This document shows, one piece after another, positions 37,768 to 46,196 of a stretch of 59,678 bases of DNA. How positions within the stretch are numbered: the first letter of the stretch is position 1; each line of letters begins with the position of its first letter. The DNA lies in the NCBI GenBank assembly GCA_035583445.1, contig DATEYD010000039.1, positions 1 through 59,678 of the forward strand, given 5' to 3'. Under the pieces are notes generated by a model. The model saw only the letters and a program-made list of their open reading frames with translations. It had not been told where the DNA came from and did not search any database. The position numbers were made by a program, and so were the translations under genes. Source of the stretch: Minisyncoccota bacterium. Its GTDB lineage: Bacteria; Patescibacteriota; Minisyncoccia; 2-02-FULL-40-12; GWA2-44-9.

Positions 37768-38630
37768 TGTCTGAATATATTTCTGAAGCAAAGATCAAGG
37801 AGCTCGAGCTCAAGGCCAATGACATCCGTCAGGACATCGTGAAGATGCTGGTGGAAGCGGGCTCCGGGCATACGGCAGGACCGCTTGGCATGGCGGACAT
37901 ATTCACCGCGATGTATTTCCATGTGTTGAATCACCGGCCCCAGGAACCCATGTGGCCGAACCGTGATCGACTCGTCCTATCCAACGGCCATATCACGCCG
38001 GTCCGATATGCGGCCATGGCGCATGCCGGATATTTCCCTCGCGAAGAGCTGATGACCCTACGAAAGCTCGGTTCGCGGCTGCAGGGCCATCCCGAACGCG
38101 AACGACTTCCCGCGTTGGAGACGACCTCCGGTCCCTTGGGATCAGGCCTGGGCCAGGCGGTCGGCATGGCCATCGCCGCGCGCATGGACGGCGCTGCGTG
38201 GCGGACGTACTGCTTCATGTCCGACGGCGAGCAGGATTCGGGCATCACGTGGGAGTCGGCCATGCTGGCCGGCAAGAAGAAGCTATCGAACCTGACCGGG
38301 ATCATCGACCGCAACAACATCCAAATCGACGGCATGACCGAGGATGTGATGCCCCTGGAACCGCTGCGGGACAAATGGGCGGCGTTCAACTGGCATGTCC
38401 TGGAGGTGGATGGGCATAACATCGAGGCGTTCGTGGACGCGATCCAAGAAGCGAAGGCAGTCTACGAGAAACCAACGGTCATCATTGCCCATACGATTCC
38501 TGGCAAAGGAGTCCCCGAAATCGAATTTGACTACAAATGGCATGGGATTCCGCCCGACAAGGCACAGGCGAAGCAGTTCCTGAACGATTTGCGTACCATG
38601 CGTGGCAGGATCCAATCCGAACACCAATGA
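37767..38630 (+). CDS. transketolase, N-terminal subunit (split form)
   Basis: GSGHTAGPLGMADIF, LSNGH and GSLGQG-like motifs. 287 aa. Confidence 0.9.
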   Translation: MSEYISEAKIKELELKANDIRQDIVKMLVEAGSGHTAGPLGMADIFTAMYFHVLNHRPQEPMWPNRDRLVLSNGHITPVRYAAMAHAGYFPREELMTLRKLGSRLQGHPERERLPALETTSGPLGSGLGQAVGMAIAARMDGAAWRTYCFMSDGEQDSGITWESAMLAGKKKLSNLTGIIDRNNIQIDGMTEDVMPLEPLRDKWAAFNWHVLEVDGHNIEAFVDAIQEAKAVYEKPTVIIAHTIPGKGVPEIEFDYKWHGIPPDKAQAKQFLNDLRTMRGRIQSEHQ

Positions 38631-39043
38631 TCCGCGATATTACGATGATCATATCGGTCCTGGTATCCGTGGTGTCGGTCGGATTTGGGCTGTACAAGAA
38701 CATCGAGGCGGGCAATGCCCGCGGGTACGCATACGAACAGGCATACCGCGTCCTCAATGTGGTCCAACAGGCGAACATCAGCACGGCGGCAAAGGCCGCG
38801 ATTACCAACGATGCCCTTGAGACGTTCGGCACGCCGCCCCCGGTCATCGATCTGTCACGTTCCCGTGCTGATGTCGGGGAATCCGAGCCATGCACCGACG
38901 ATGTCCGCGTCTCCTGTGCCTCGCTTGCGGACCGTCTCGCCGAGGCGAATGCCCTCTGCAAGAAAGAGAAGACGGTCAGCTGCGCCGCTGCCGATGACAT
39001 GAAAGCGAGCATCCTGCAGCAGAAGTGCTACACCTGCTTCTAA
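38627..39043 (+). CDS. small membrane-anchored Cys-rich protein (paralog 1)
   Basis: The ATG at 38627 is in an ATGA overlap with the tkt-N stop. There is a TM helix, and the C-terminal region has 6 Cys residues (PCTDDVRVSCASL...C...C...CYTCF). Confidence 0.55.
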   Translation: MIRDITMIISVLVSVVSVGFGLYKNIEAGNARGYAYEQAYRVLNVVQQANISTAAKAAITNDALETFGTPPPVIDLSRSRADVGESEPCTDDVRVSCASLADRLAEANALCKKEKTVSCAAADDMKASILQQKCYTCF

Positions 39044-39046
39044 TCC

Positions 39047-39433
39047 ATGCCGATCCAACGCCGCCTCATCTTCCCGCTCGCCATGTTCATCCTCGCCGGT
39101 GCGTCGTTCGCATATGGGACATGGCAATGGATGACCGCGCGTGCGGTCCAGGCATCCGCGGACCAGCGCATCGCGCACGTCCTCGACTCGGTTGAAGGGA
39201 ACACATCATGGAGCGATCGGCAGAAGCAGGCATTCTACATCGCGCTCTTCAAGGACTACCCGGCGGGACCGACGATATTCGGGATCGATCTGTCCGGATC
39301 GTTCGCTGCCGAACCCGCGGACCAATGCGTGAACGATGGCCAGCGGACCGTGTGCCGTTCGCTGTATGAAGCCGGCGCCGATTCGAAGACGCTCATGTCG
39401 GTCTGTGGTGCCTGTAATCCCTCGACGCCATGA
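39047..39433 (+). CDS. small membrane-anchored Cys-rich protein (paralog 2)
   Basis: 128 aa with a TM helix. QCVNDGQRTVCRSL...VCGAC parallels the Cys pattern of the upstream ORF. Confidence 0.55.
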   Translation: MPIQRRLIFPLAMFILAGASFAYGTWQWMTARAVQASADQRIAHVLDSVEGNTSWSDRQKQAFYIALFKDYPAGPTIFGIDLSGSFAAEPADQCVNDGQRTVCRSLYEAGADSKTLMSVCGACNPSTP

Positions 39434-40437
39434 TCCTGCGTTCACGATTCACGCTTGCGCCGATGGCCGATCGCTCCGATCCCACAAAGATGGCCATGGT
39501 GCCAACGCGCGATGGCTACGGGAAGGGGCTCGTCGAAGCGGGCACAAAAGATGACCACATCGTGGTGCTGTGCGCGGATCTCGTGGAGAGCACGCGCAGT
39601 CATTGGTTTGCCGAACAGTTCCCCAACCGGTTCGTAGAGATCGGGGTCGCCGAGCAGAATCTCGCGGTCGTCGCATCAGGTATGGCCGCGGCCGGGAAGA
39701 TCCCGTTCATCTCCAGCTACGCCACCTTCAGTCCGGGCAGGAACAACGAGCAGATCCGCACCAACATCTGCCTCAATAATCAGCCGGTGAAGATCGCGGG
39801 AGCGCACGCGGGGATTTCGGTGGGGCCGGACGGCGCGACGCACCAAGCGCTCGAAGACATCGCGCTCATGCGCGTTATGCCTCGCATGGTCGTCATAGTT
39901 CCCTGCGATGCCCTTGAGGCGCAGAAGGCGACCGTCGCTGCGGCATCAAACGGCAAGCCCACGTACCTTCGCTTGGGCCGCGAGAAGTCGCCCGTCATCA
40001 CCACTCCGCAGACCCCGTTCGAGATCGGCAGGGCGCTCGTGCTGCGCGACGGCGAGGATTGCGCGCTCATCGCCTGCGGCATTCTTGTTGATGAGGCGCT
40101 GCGAGCGGCTGATATCCTCTCGGAGAACGGCATGCAATGCATGGTCATCAACAACCACACCATCAAACCGATGGACGAGGACATGATCGTCGCCGCCGCG
40201 CAGCGATGCGGCGCGGTCGTCACCATCGAGGAGCACCAAATCGCCGGCGGCATGGGTTCGGCGGTCGCCGAACTACTCGCTCGGCGCCATCCGGTACCTC
40301 AGGAATTCGTCGGCATGCAGGACCAGTTCGGAGAATCGGGCTCGACGCGCGAGCTGCTTGAGCATTTCAAGCTGACGGCACCACACATCGCCGACGCGGC
40401 ACGGAAAGTCGCCGTCCGCAAACGAAAGAACAAATAA
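39430..40437 (+). CDS. transketolase, C-terminal subunit (split form)
   Basis: TRDGYGKGL, FVEIGVAEQNLAVVASGMA and GATHQALEDIA. There is an ATGA overlap with the upstream ORF. The true start may be a downstream ATG (39463 or 39493). Confidence 0.9.
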   Translation: MILRSRFTLAPMADRSDPTKMAMVPTRDGYGKGLVEAGTKDDHIVVLCADLVESTRSHWFAEQFPNRFVEIGVAEQNLAVVASGMAAAGKIPFISSYATFSPGRNNEQIRTNICLNNQPVKIAGAHAGISVGPDGATHQALEDIALMRVMPRMVVIVPCDALEAQKATVAAASNGKPTYLRLGREKSPVITTPQTPFEIGRALVLRDGEDCALIACGILVDEALRAADILSENGMQCMVINNHTIKPMDEDMIVAAAQRCGAVVTIEEHQIAGGMGSAVAELLARRHPVPQEFVGMQDQFGESGSTRELLEHFKLTAPHIADAARKVAVRKRKNK

Positions 40438-40459
40438 CGCGCCCGTCGGGCGCGTTATT
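40433..40459. terminator. perfect 12-bp palindromic hairpin spanning both convergent stop codons
   Basis: AATAACGCGCCC-GTC-GGGCGCGTTATT, read directly. Confidence 0.6.
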
Positions 40460-41009
40460 CGGTTGCTTCTTTCGGTTGCTTCATGAGCTCTTTGACCTTC
40501 GCGAAGTCCTGTTCCAGAAGGATCTTCGTGATCGGATCCTTCGCAGCCCGTTCGGGGTGGAAGGTCGGCAGGAGTCGGTACGTGCCCAAGGGGAAGGTTC
40601 GGCCGTGCACGTTCTCGACGGGGATGCGCAGCCCCACGCCATTGAGAGCGAGGTTGCCAAGGGTGATGACGATATCCGGGTTCACTGTGCGGATCTCCTC
40701 CTTCAGGAAGGTGGCGTGGCTCTTGATCTCCTTCGGAGTCGGCATGTGCTCCGGGTTCGGGCGGTATTTGACGACGTTCGTCACATACACCTTCTGCGGG
40801 CTGATACCAGCCTGCTTGAGTAAGGCATTGAGCATCTTGGCGTGCGGGCCGCCGACGGGTTTCTTCTCCTTCTCGCCGTGGGCGTCGAGCATCTCGGAGA
40901 CGACTACGACCCTCGCGCTGGAGGCGCCCCGCCCGAAGACCAGCGTTCGGCCCTTGAATTTCTCCTGGAGCGCTTTGTTGACTGACGTAAGCGTCTTCGT
41001 CTCAGTCAT
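40455..41009 (-). CDS. uracil-DNA glycosylase superfamily protein (family 4/5-like, divergent)
   Basis: 184 aa. VYVTNVVKYRP, an LG-type motif (ITLGNLA) and TFHPE follow the UDG family 4 layout. However, the GEAPG motif reads SEMLD and the protein contains no Cys. Confidence 0.7.
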   Translation of the reverse strand: MTETKTLTSVNKALQEKFKGRTLVFGRGASSARVVVVSEMLDAHGEKEKKPVGGPHAKMLNALLKQAGISPQKVYVTNVVKYRPNPEHMPTPKEIKSHATFLKEEIRTVNPDIVITLGNLALNGVGLRIPVENVHGRTFPLGTYRLLPTFHPERAAKDPITKILLEQDFAKVKELMKQPKEATE

Positions 41010-41060
41010 ATTTATGGAAAAATATTAGCATATCTGGCTGATTTTGGCAATACCTCACGC

Positions 41061-41089
41061 GAACCGCCGGCCTCGAAAGCCGGCGGTTC
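41061..41089 (-). terminator. perfect 11-bp hairpin downstream of tRNA-Ile
   Basis: GAACCGCCGGC-N7-GCCGGCGGTTC. Confidence 0.45.
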
Positions 41090-41095
41090 TGACGG

Positions 41096-41167
41096 TGGGC
41101 GGCATAGGAATCGAACCTATGACCTCTGTCTTATCAGGACAGCGTTCTACCACTGAACTAGCCGCCC
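41096..41167 (-). tRNA. tRNA-Ile (anticodon GAU)
   Basis: I folded the cloverleaf by hand: GGGCGGC acceptor stem, GTTC/GAAC D stem, CTGTC-CTGATAA-GACAG anticodon arm and ATAGG-TTCGATT-CCTAT T arm. No CCA is encoded. Confidence 0.9.
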
Positions 41168-41175
41168 GTCCGCGC

Positions 41176-41204
41176 ATAATAGTCCAAAAGCTGGTGTTTT
41201 GCAA
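41176..41204 (-). promoter_or_regulatory. promoter TTGCAA-17-TATTAT for tRNA-Ile
   Basis: Read on the minus strand. The -10 ends 8 nt before the tRNA 5' end. Confidence 0.5.
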
Positions 41205-41211
41205 GGGATTT

Positions 41212-41220
41212 TGGTATAAT
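41212..41220 (+). promoter_or_regulatory. extended -10 TGGTATAAT for tRNA-Ala
   Basis: It lies 12 nt upstream of the tRNA 5' end. Confidence 0.45.
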
Positions 41221-41232
41221 AGTCGAGCATTC

Positions 41233-41304
41233 GGGCCGTTAGCTCAGTGGTAGAGCACCTCATTTGCAATGAGGGGGTCGCCGGTTCAAATCCGGCACGG
41301 TCCA
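41233..41304 (+). tRNA. tRNA-Ala (anticodon UGC)
   Basis: Hand-folded. The anticodon arm is CCTCA-TTTGCAA-TGAGG, the G3:U70 identity pair is present and the discriminator is A. No CCA is encoded. Confidence 0.9.
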
Positions 41305-41310
41305 CAACGC

Positions 41311-41871
41311 ATGGCCCAGCACGACGTCCCGTTCATCTCCCAATACGCGGATATCGGCTCCCACGAGTGGCGAGCTCGGGGGTGCGGCATTGCCGCGCTG
41401 AAGATGGTCATAGACTATTGGGCGGGATCACGCCCGTCGCTGCGGGTGCCTCCTTTGGACGAATTACTCCAAGAGGGATTGGCGCAGGGGGCGTATCGCG
41501 AGGGCATCGGATGGACCCATCGCGGGTTGGTTGCCGTTGCGCAGCGCCACGGGTTCGACGGATTCAATGTCGATTTCGCAGAACAAGGGCAGACGCCGAA
41601 ATCCGCAGATGATGCATTCGCTGCGTTGTGCGTGCAGGTGGAGCGCGGACCAGTTCTGGTGAGCGTCCATTCCGGCATGGATCCCAATCGCGGCGGGGGC
41701 CATATCGTGGTGGTTACCGGCATCCATGACGGCATCGTTTTCTACAACGATCCCGAGCAATTGGAACAACGCGAAGGGCGGATGGCGCTTGCAGCGGCCT
41801 TGTTCACGCACGCGTTCAAGCGCCGCTACATCGTCATAGTCCCGGCGGGTTCGGAATCGCCCCGCCCGTAG
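41311..41871 (+). CDS. papain-like cysteine peptidase, C39-like
   Basis: The ATG at 41311 is 6 nt after the tRNA-Ala 3' end. PFISQY...WRARGCGIAALKMV and GGGHIVVVTGI provide a Cys/His pair in a peptidase_C39_2-like pattern. Confidence 0.65.
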   Translation: MAQHDVPFISQYADIGSHEWRARGCGIAALKMVIDYWAGSRPSLRVPPLDELLQEGLAQGAYREGIGWTHRGLVAVAQRHGFDGFNVDFAEQGQTPKSADDAFAALCVQVERGPVLVSVHSGMDPNRGGGHIVVVTGIHDGIVFYNDPEQLEQREGRMALAAALFTHAFKRRYIVIVPAGSESPRP

Positions 41872-43501
41872 GCTCGGTCGGTGTCGTCGGTTGCGCCGGA
41901 GGGGGCGTCTTTTTCTTTCGGAGCATGAGCATGCCGATGGTGCCGAACACCAGGACCCCTACTCCTCCGAGGATATAGGGTGCGAGTGCGATAGCACGCT
42001 CCATGAGGGACACGGTGCGCTGGTGCACAATGACAGGTGCGGCGACCTTCTGATACAGCCCATCCTCATTTGAATATACGATGACCGTGTATTCTCCGTC
42101 GCCCAAAGGACCGGTGTAGGTGCTGGTGCCGGTGACGGTGATCGAGCGGACGAGACTACCATTGGCATCGAAAATATCGACACGATAGCCGTTCGCGGGT
42201 GGGCCGCCTTCCGGCTCGTCCCAGGTAAGTTCTGCGCCACCGTCGCCTTCGTCCGGCGTCTCATCGACGACGATTGTCGGTGTGGGGGTCGGGGATGCGG
42301 GCGGAGGGGTGGGGGTCGGGGATGCGGGCGGAGGGGTCGGCGTAGCAGCTCGGAAATCGACGGTCGCGATCCCCGTGTTCCCAGCGATATCGTGGGTCGT
42401 GATGCGGGCACGGTATGCCTCTCCCGCCTCAAGTCCCTCGACGGAGATCGCATGCTCAAGCTCGAAGGTGGCATCGTCATCACCGCCTGCGTTGATGAGG
42501 TAGGGCAGACTTTGCACGACCACGAACCCGTTCGTAGCCTCGTTGGTCGTCCAGGCGATCGTGACGCCGGTGGCGGTAATGACCGCGGCACGAGCATTGG
42601 TGATGACTGGGGGCTGTGTGTCGGGCGTGGGGGTAGGCGTCGCCGAGGTCGTCGGCGAGACAGTCACAAACAGGGTCGGCGTCGGGGTCGCAGTGACGCC
42701 GGCGCCCAGCGCGATGAATGTTCCAGCGGCCGTCGTTTCATTGCCCCATACATCACGTACCGTCAATGTATAATCGTAGCTTGTGCCGGGATTTACCGCG
42801 AACGATACCGAGCATGCCGTGACTCCGGGAATGCACGAGGCATATTCGCCGCTATAAGGGATGGTGGTGGCACCAACAACGACCTTGCCGTCGACCGGCT
42901 CGTTCGCACTGAATAAGATCGAAACCTGGCCAAGGGTCTCCTGTACGACCTGGACATTACTCAACTGCGGCGGCGATCCCTCCGTGGTCTCGTGGAGACC
43001 GAACAAAAATCCATACGCCTGATCTTCTCCGTCGATACGCGCAGTACCGTAGCTGTAGATCGCCTCAGGAGGCGCGTTATGAGGCAGGACACGGTTCGTT
43101 GTCGCGTAATACAATCGGAGCGTCGGCGATGCGGTGTCGATCCGCACGCGATACACGGCGCTTGCTGCGACCGGCAGCTGCGCCGGCCAGTCGAAATGGA
43201 ACCGAGTCCCCGTTTCCGAGTCGGCGATCGAGGGGACGGTGACCGTACGCGAGGTGATGGTAGAGCCTGCCGCGTTCAACAGGGCGAACGTCACCGAGCT
43301 TGCGGTGCTGGCATCACTGACCCAGAAGTCCATGCCGCTGAAGTATTCATTGGCAGGGACGAACACCTGTTCGACGCTGCCCAACGAGGCGACCAGGAGC
43401 GATTGCGCGTGGTCGGGGTGGAACTCGAGGTAGAGCGCGGCAGAGGCAACCGAAATGAGACCGAACAGCAACACCAGGATGACAAGAGAACGAAGAAGCA
43501 T
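41834..43501 (-). CDS. surface protein with FN3-like domains, PT linkers and a C-terminal TM anchor
   Basis: ORF 41834..43828. A signal peptide, MLLRSLVILVLLFGLISVASA, starts at the ATG at 43501, and a terminator lies upstream of that position. GVTIAWTTNEATNG...YRARITTHDIAGN is FN3-like. The 3' end overlaps the convergent C39 gene by 38 nt. Confidence 0.75.
   Translation of the reverse strand: MLLRSLVILVLLFGLISVASAALYLEFHPDHAQSLLVASLGSVEQVFVPANEYFSGMDFWVSDASTASSVTFALLNAAGSTITSRTVTVPSIADSETGTRFHFDWPAQLPVAASAVYRVRIDTASPTLRLYYATTNRVLPHNAPPEAIYSYGTARIDGEDQAYGFLFGLHETTEGSPPQLSNVQVVQETLGQVSILFSANEPVDGKVVVGATTIPYSGEYASCIPGVTACSVSFAVNPGTSYDYTLTVRDVWGNETTAAGTFIALGAGVTATPTPTLFVTVSPTTSATPTPTPDTQPPVITNARAAVITATGVTIAWTTNEATNGFVVVQSLPYLINAGGDDDATFELEHAISVEGLEAGEAYRARITTHDIAGNTGIATVDFRAATPTPPPASPTPTPPPASPTPTPTIVVDETPDEGDGGAELTWDEPEGGPPANGYRVDIFDANGSLVRSITVTGTSTYTGPLGDGEYTVIVYSNEDGLYQKVAAPVIVHQRTVSLMERAIALAPYILGGVGVLVFGTIGMLMLRKKKTPPPAQPTTPTEPTGGAIPNPPGL
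42284..42337 (-). repeat. perfect 27-nt tandem duplication (2 copies) encoding TPPPASPTP
   Basis: gggggtcggggatgcgggcggaggggt occurs at 42284-42310 and again at 42311-42337. Confidence 0.9.
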
Positions 43502-43516
43502 CGTACCTCTAGTATA

Positions 43517-43548
43517 ACAAAACACCGCCTGACCGGGCGGTGTTTTGT
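43517..43548 (-). terminator. rho-independent terminator after the major pilin gene
   Basis: 13-bp perfect stem ACAAAACACCGCC/GGCGGTGTTTTGT, followed by a T-run on the minus strand. Confidence 0.8.
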
Positions 43549-43559
43549 GTCGATTCACG

Positions 43560-44015
43560 TTATCGGACGACGTTGATGACCTCATTAAGCTCCGCGTACG
43601 GAGCGCTGATGGTAATGCGGCCGTCCGAGTTGCGGACGAACGTATACCCGGTCGAAGCAAGATCCGCGCCATCCGTGGGGTCAACGACCATCGTCGAGAC
43701 GTACGTCGGGACGATGCAGGATGCAAGGTCGAAACCACCCGAGCCAATGACGACCGTCGTGTCCGTCGCAGGTAACACGGGGCAGTCTGCCGGGGTCCCG
43801 GCGCGCCAGCTGCCGCGGCCATCAGCAAGGCGCTGGCCGACCGCGTTCAGGATCGTGTTGATGTTGCTCCAGCGCTGCGTGTTGCGTGCCTGGGCGAACT
43901 GCCGGCCCGGGTTCAACGCGACGATGACGACTGCTGCCAAAATGGCGATGATACCGATAACGACGAGGATTTCAATAAGCGTGAAACCCTTCTGCTTTTG
44001 CCAGATTCCCTTCAT
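43560..44015 (-). CDS. type IV pilin / pseudopilin (probable major pilin)
   Basis: MKGIWQKQKG|FTLIEILVVIGIIAILAAVV is a class III signal with Phe+1 and Glu+5. Confidence 0.9.
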   Translation of the reverse strand: MKGIWQKQKGFTLIEILVVIGIIAILAAVVIVALNPGRQFAQARNTQRWSNINTILNAVGQRLADGRGSWRAGTPADCPVLPATDTTVVIGSGGFDLASCIVPTYVSTMVVDPTDGADLASTGYTFVRNSDGRITISAPYAELNEVINVVR

Positions 44016-44145
44016 ATGGTTTCAGTTGATATTAGAGTCAATACAAGAAGAATGAATTTGCGCTGCAGCACCATGCATGGTGTGCTTCAGCGTATCGACC
44101 GTGCACTAAGTATACCGTGGTTTTGGTCTGCCTTTATCCACAGAC

Positions 44146-45603
44146 TCACTGTTTCTCGTTCCACAGGATCGGGGTGTAGTAATCGGCGGTGAGCGGGAAG
44201 CTCGGTGGCGGACCGTAGAGCAGGTTCGCATCGTAGATGATGACGCGGTCCTCGTAGCCGGTGTCATCGGTATAGGCGAATCCGTACCGTTGGAATGAGC
44301 CGATCATCCCGTAGCTCGTGATGGAGTCGCGTTCATGGTAGGGGTCGCACCGATCGGAGGTCCACGATGGCGGACGGTAATAGTACCGACCGACGCGTCC
44401 GTTCTGGGCCATCAACGCCGCGTCGATGCGCAGATCCGTGTCAGACGTCATACCGATGTTGATGTTCTCTTGGGCGACCAACGAGAGGACGTCACTGCCG
44501 TCGTAGTTCGTGTAGGTCAGATCGTCAGTGACGCTGATGCTGCGCCAGGTGGTCGGGTTGTCAGGGAACTCTCCTGCAACAACGCTGATACGCGCGCTGT
44601 CGATCTGGCCGCGGACCCATACGTCATCTTCCAGGAAAATAAGGCCGTTGCTCGGGAACGGGTAGGTGCCGATGGTTGATCGGGTGCCTACCGACCATGT
44701 ACCCCATTTCGATTGGCTCAGATAGTTGGTGCATCCCGACGGCGGGGCAATGGTGGCGGTCACCAGATTGAGCGTGAAGGTATCGTTGGTGTTGAGCACC
44801 ACTTCGTATCCCGGATAGCTGGTCGAGGCTCGGTAGAAACCGTTGGCAATCGCATCCGTCCGCATATCGGCCAGAGCCTGGGTGATGCCGATGAAGTCGG
44901 CAGTGGGGACGCCGATCTGCCGTCCCGCGACGAACACGTCCGGACGGGCTGGCGGCGGAGGCGGCGGGCTCGGGGAGCACGTCACGGTCGGATCGGTCGG
45001 GGCAACATGCGTGTGAACGCCATACTCGGTAGCGCCATCGTGGTCGGGATCGTCGTAGCACTGTAGGGAGCTCGTTACCTGGTTGTACGCGATGCCATCC
45101 ATGCGAATACCGGCATTGGAGTGGATCGGTCCGTACAGCACCGTCCCCTCGCCGAAACGCACATTGTTGCCAATGACCGCGGCGTACTTCGCGAACGACG
45201 GGATCGCCATCGTTGCCTCGATGATCTTGCTGATGGCCGGGTTGGCGAGCGTGGTACCGGTCGATTCGATGTCCACGACGGTCGAGCCGGTGGGCGGTGG
45301 CACGATATCCAGCGTGAAGCTGCCGAGCGGATTCCCGTCCTTGTCGTTGAAGGTATGGACGTACGGACCGTCATCGTCCGCGCCGTCCTTGTAATCCTGG
45401 GGTGCGTGCGCTAGGTGCCACCGATAATATTCGATGCCCGCTTCCGCGATCATGAAGGACTGCGCAGCGTCCACATCGCGGAAGACCGCATTGAGATTGA
45501 AATCCGCCCACACGACGAACCCGGACATCACGATAACCGCGACCGTCCCGAAAATCAGGACGTAGAGGGAAATCTGACCCGGTGAGGTTGAGTGGATGTT
45601 CAT
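44146..45603 (-). CDS. pilus-associated protein (PilX-like N-terminal anchor, large extracellular domain)
   Basis: 485 aa with an N-terminal TM segment and no G|F..E motif. It is coupled by ATGA overlap to the upstream pilin-like gene. Confidence 0.6.
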   Translation of the reverse strand: MNIHSTSPGQISLYVLIFGTVAVIVMSGFVVWADFNLNAVFRDVDAAQSFMIAEAGIEYYRWHLAHAPQDYKDGADDDGPYVHTFNDKDGNPLGSFTLDIVPPPTGSTVVDIESTGTTLANPAISKIIEATMAIPSFAKYAAVIGNNVRFGEGTVLYGPIHSNAGIRMDGIAYNQVTSSLQCYDDPDHDGATEYGVHTHVAPTDPTVTCSPSPPPPPPARPDVFVAGRQIGVPTADFIGITQALADMRTDAIANGFYRASTSYPGYEVVLNTNDTFTLNLVTATIAPPSGCTNYLSQSKWGTWSVGTRSTIGTYPFPSNGLIFLEDDVWVRGQIDSARISVVAGEFPDNPTTWRSISVTDDLTYTNYDGSDVLSLVAQENINIGMTSDTDLRIDAALMAQNGRVGRYYYRPPSWTSDRCDPYHERDSITSYGMIGSFQRYGFAYTDDTGYEDRVIIYDANLLYGPPPSFPLTADYYTPILWNEKQ

Positions 45604-46196
45604 ATTTCTCCGCGAAGATTTCGGATCGTGATATAGATGGACAGCGTTGCGGGCAAGGGCGGCTGGAGCGGGTCGATATCGGTCGTGCCCGATACACCGA
45701 TCATCCGGATCGTGTTGAGGTCGATCGGGAACGCGAGCGAACCGGTGTCGGGCGGATACCCTTCGGGATAGTAGGAGAACACGGGACCCGGTACCAAGAA
45801 ACGGGCGGCGTCGATGACGATCTCGTTCGCCGGCGGATAGGCTGCCGGCTCATCATCCGTGGGTTCGATGACGCCTTTTTTCAATGTGGTCCCGTCCAGG
45901 AAGTAGCGGATCTGCTCGAAGATCCCGTCATTGTCCGTGTCGGCGAAGAATGCGAACTCCGTGTCCGTGGCAATGGCGATCGGATACGCACCGTTTTCTC
46001 CGGGACCCATGGATCGCACCTCGGTGAGCATGGTGCGCAGGGTCAGGGCAAGATCGCGCTCACCTTCCAGGCGCGCGTTCAGATCGGTGCCGAATTCGGC
46101 GACGTCCAAGCTGAATGTGGTCACGATCGCGATGACGCCGGTCGCAATGGCCATGGCGATCAGTAGTTCCAGGAGCGTGATGCCGCGCGTCGTCAT
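45600..46196 (-). CDS. minor pilin-like protein
   Basis: MTTRG|ITLLELLIAMAIATG is a prepilin-type N-terminus. The ATG at 46196 is in an ATGA overlap with the upstream stop. Confidence 0.75.
   Translation of the reverse strand: MTTRGITLLELLIAMAIATGVIAIVTTFSLDVAEFGTDLNARLEGERDLALTLRTMLTEVRSMGPGENGAYPIAIATDTEFAFFADTDNDGIFEQIRYFLDGTTLKKGVIEPTDDEPAAYPPANEIVIDAARFLVPGPVFSYYPEGYPPDTGSLAFPIDLNTIRMIGVSGTTDIDPLQPPLPATLSIYITIRNLRGEI

Noticed and set aside
36601-37791. 396-aa minus-strand ORF
   Set aside because: It is antisense to the unmistakable GAPDH gene, and its Arg/Gly/His-rich composition is that of a shadow ORF.
41233-41304. First reading of this tRNA as Cys(GCA)
   Set aside because: With the canonical 5-bp anticodon stem, the 7-nt loop is TTTGCAA, which gives anticodon UGC. 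The G3:U70 pair confirms Ala identity.
41096-43501. tRNA-associated genomic island
   Set aside because: There is no integrase and I saw no duplicated tRNA 3' segment. The downstream genes continue into a coherent pilus operon.
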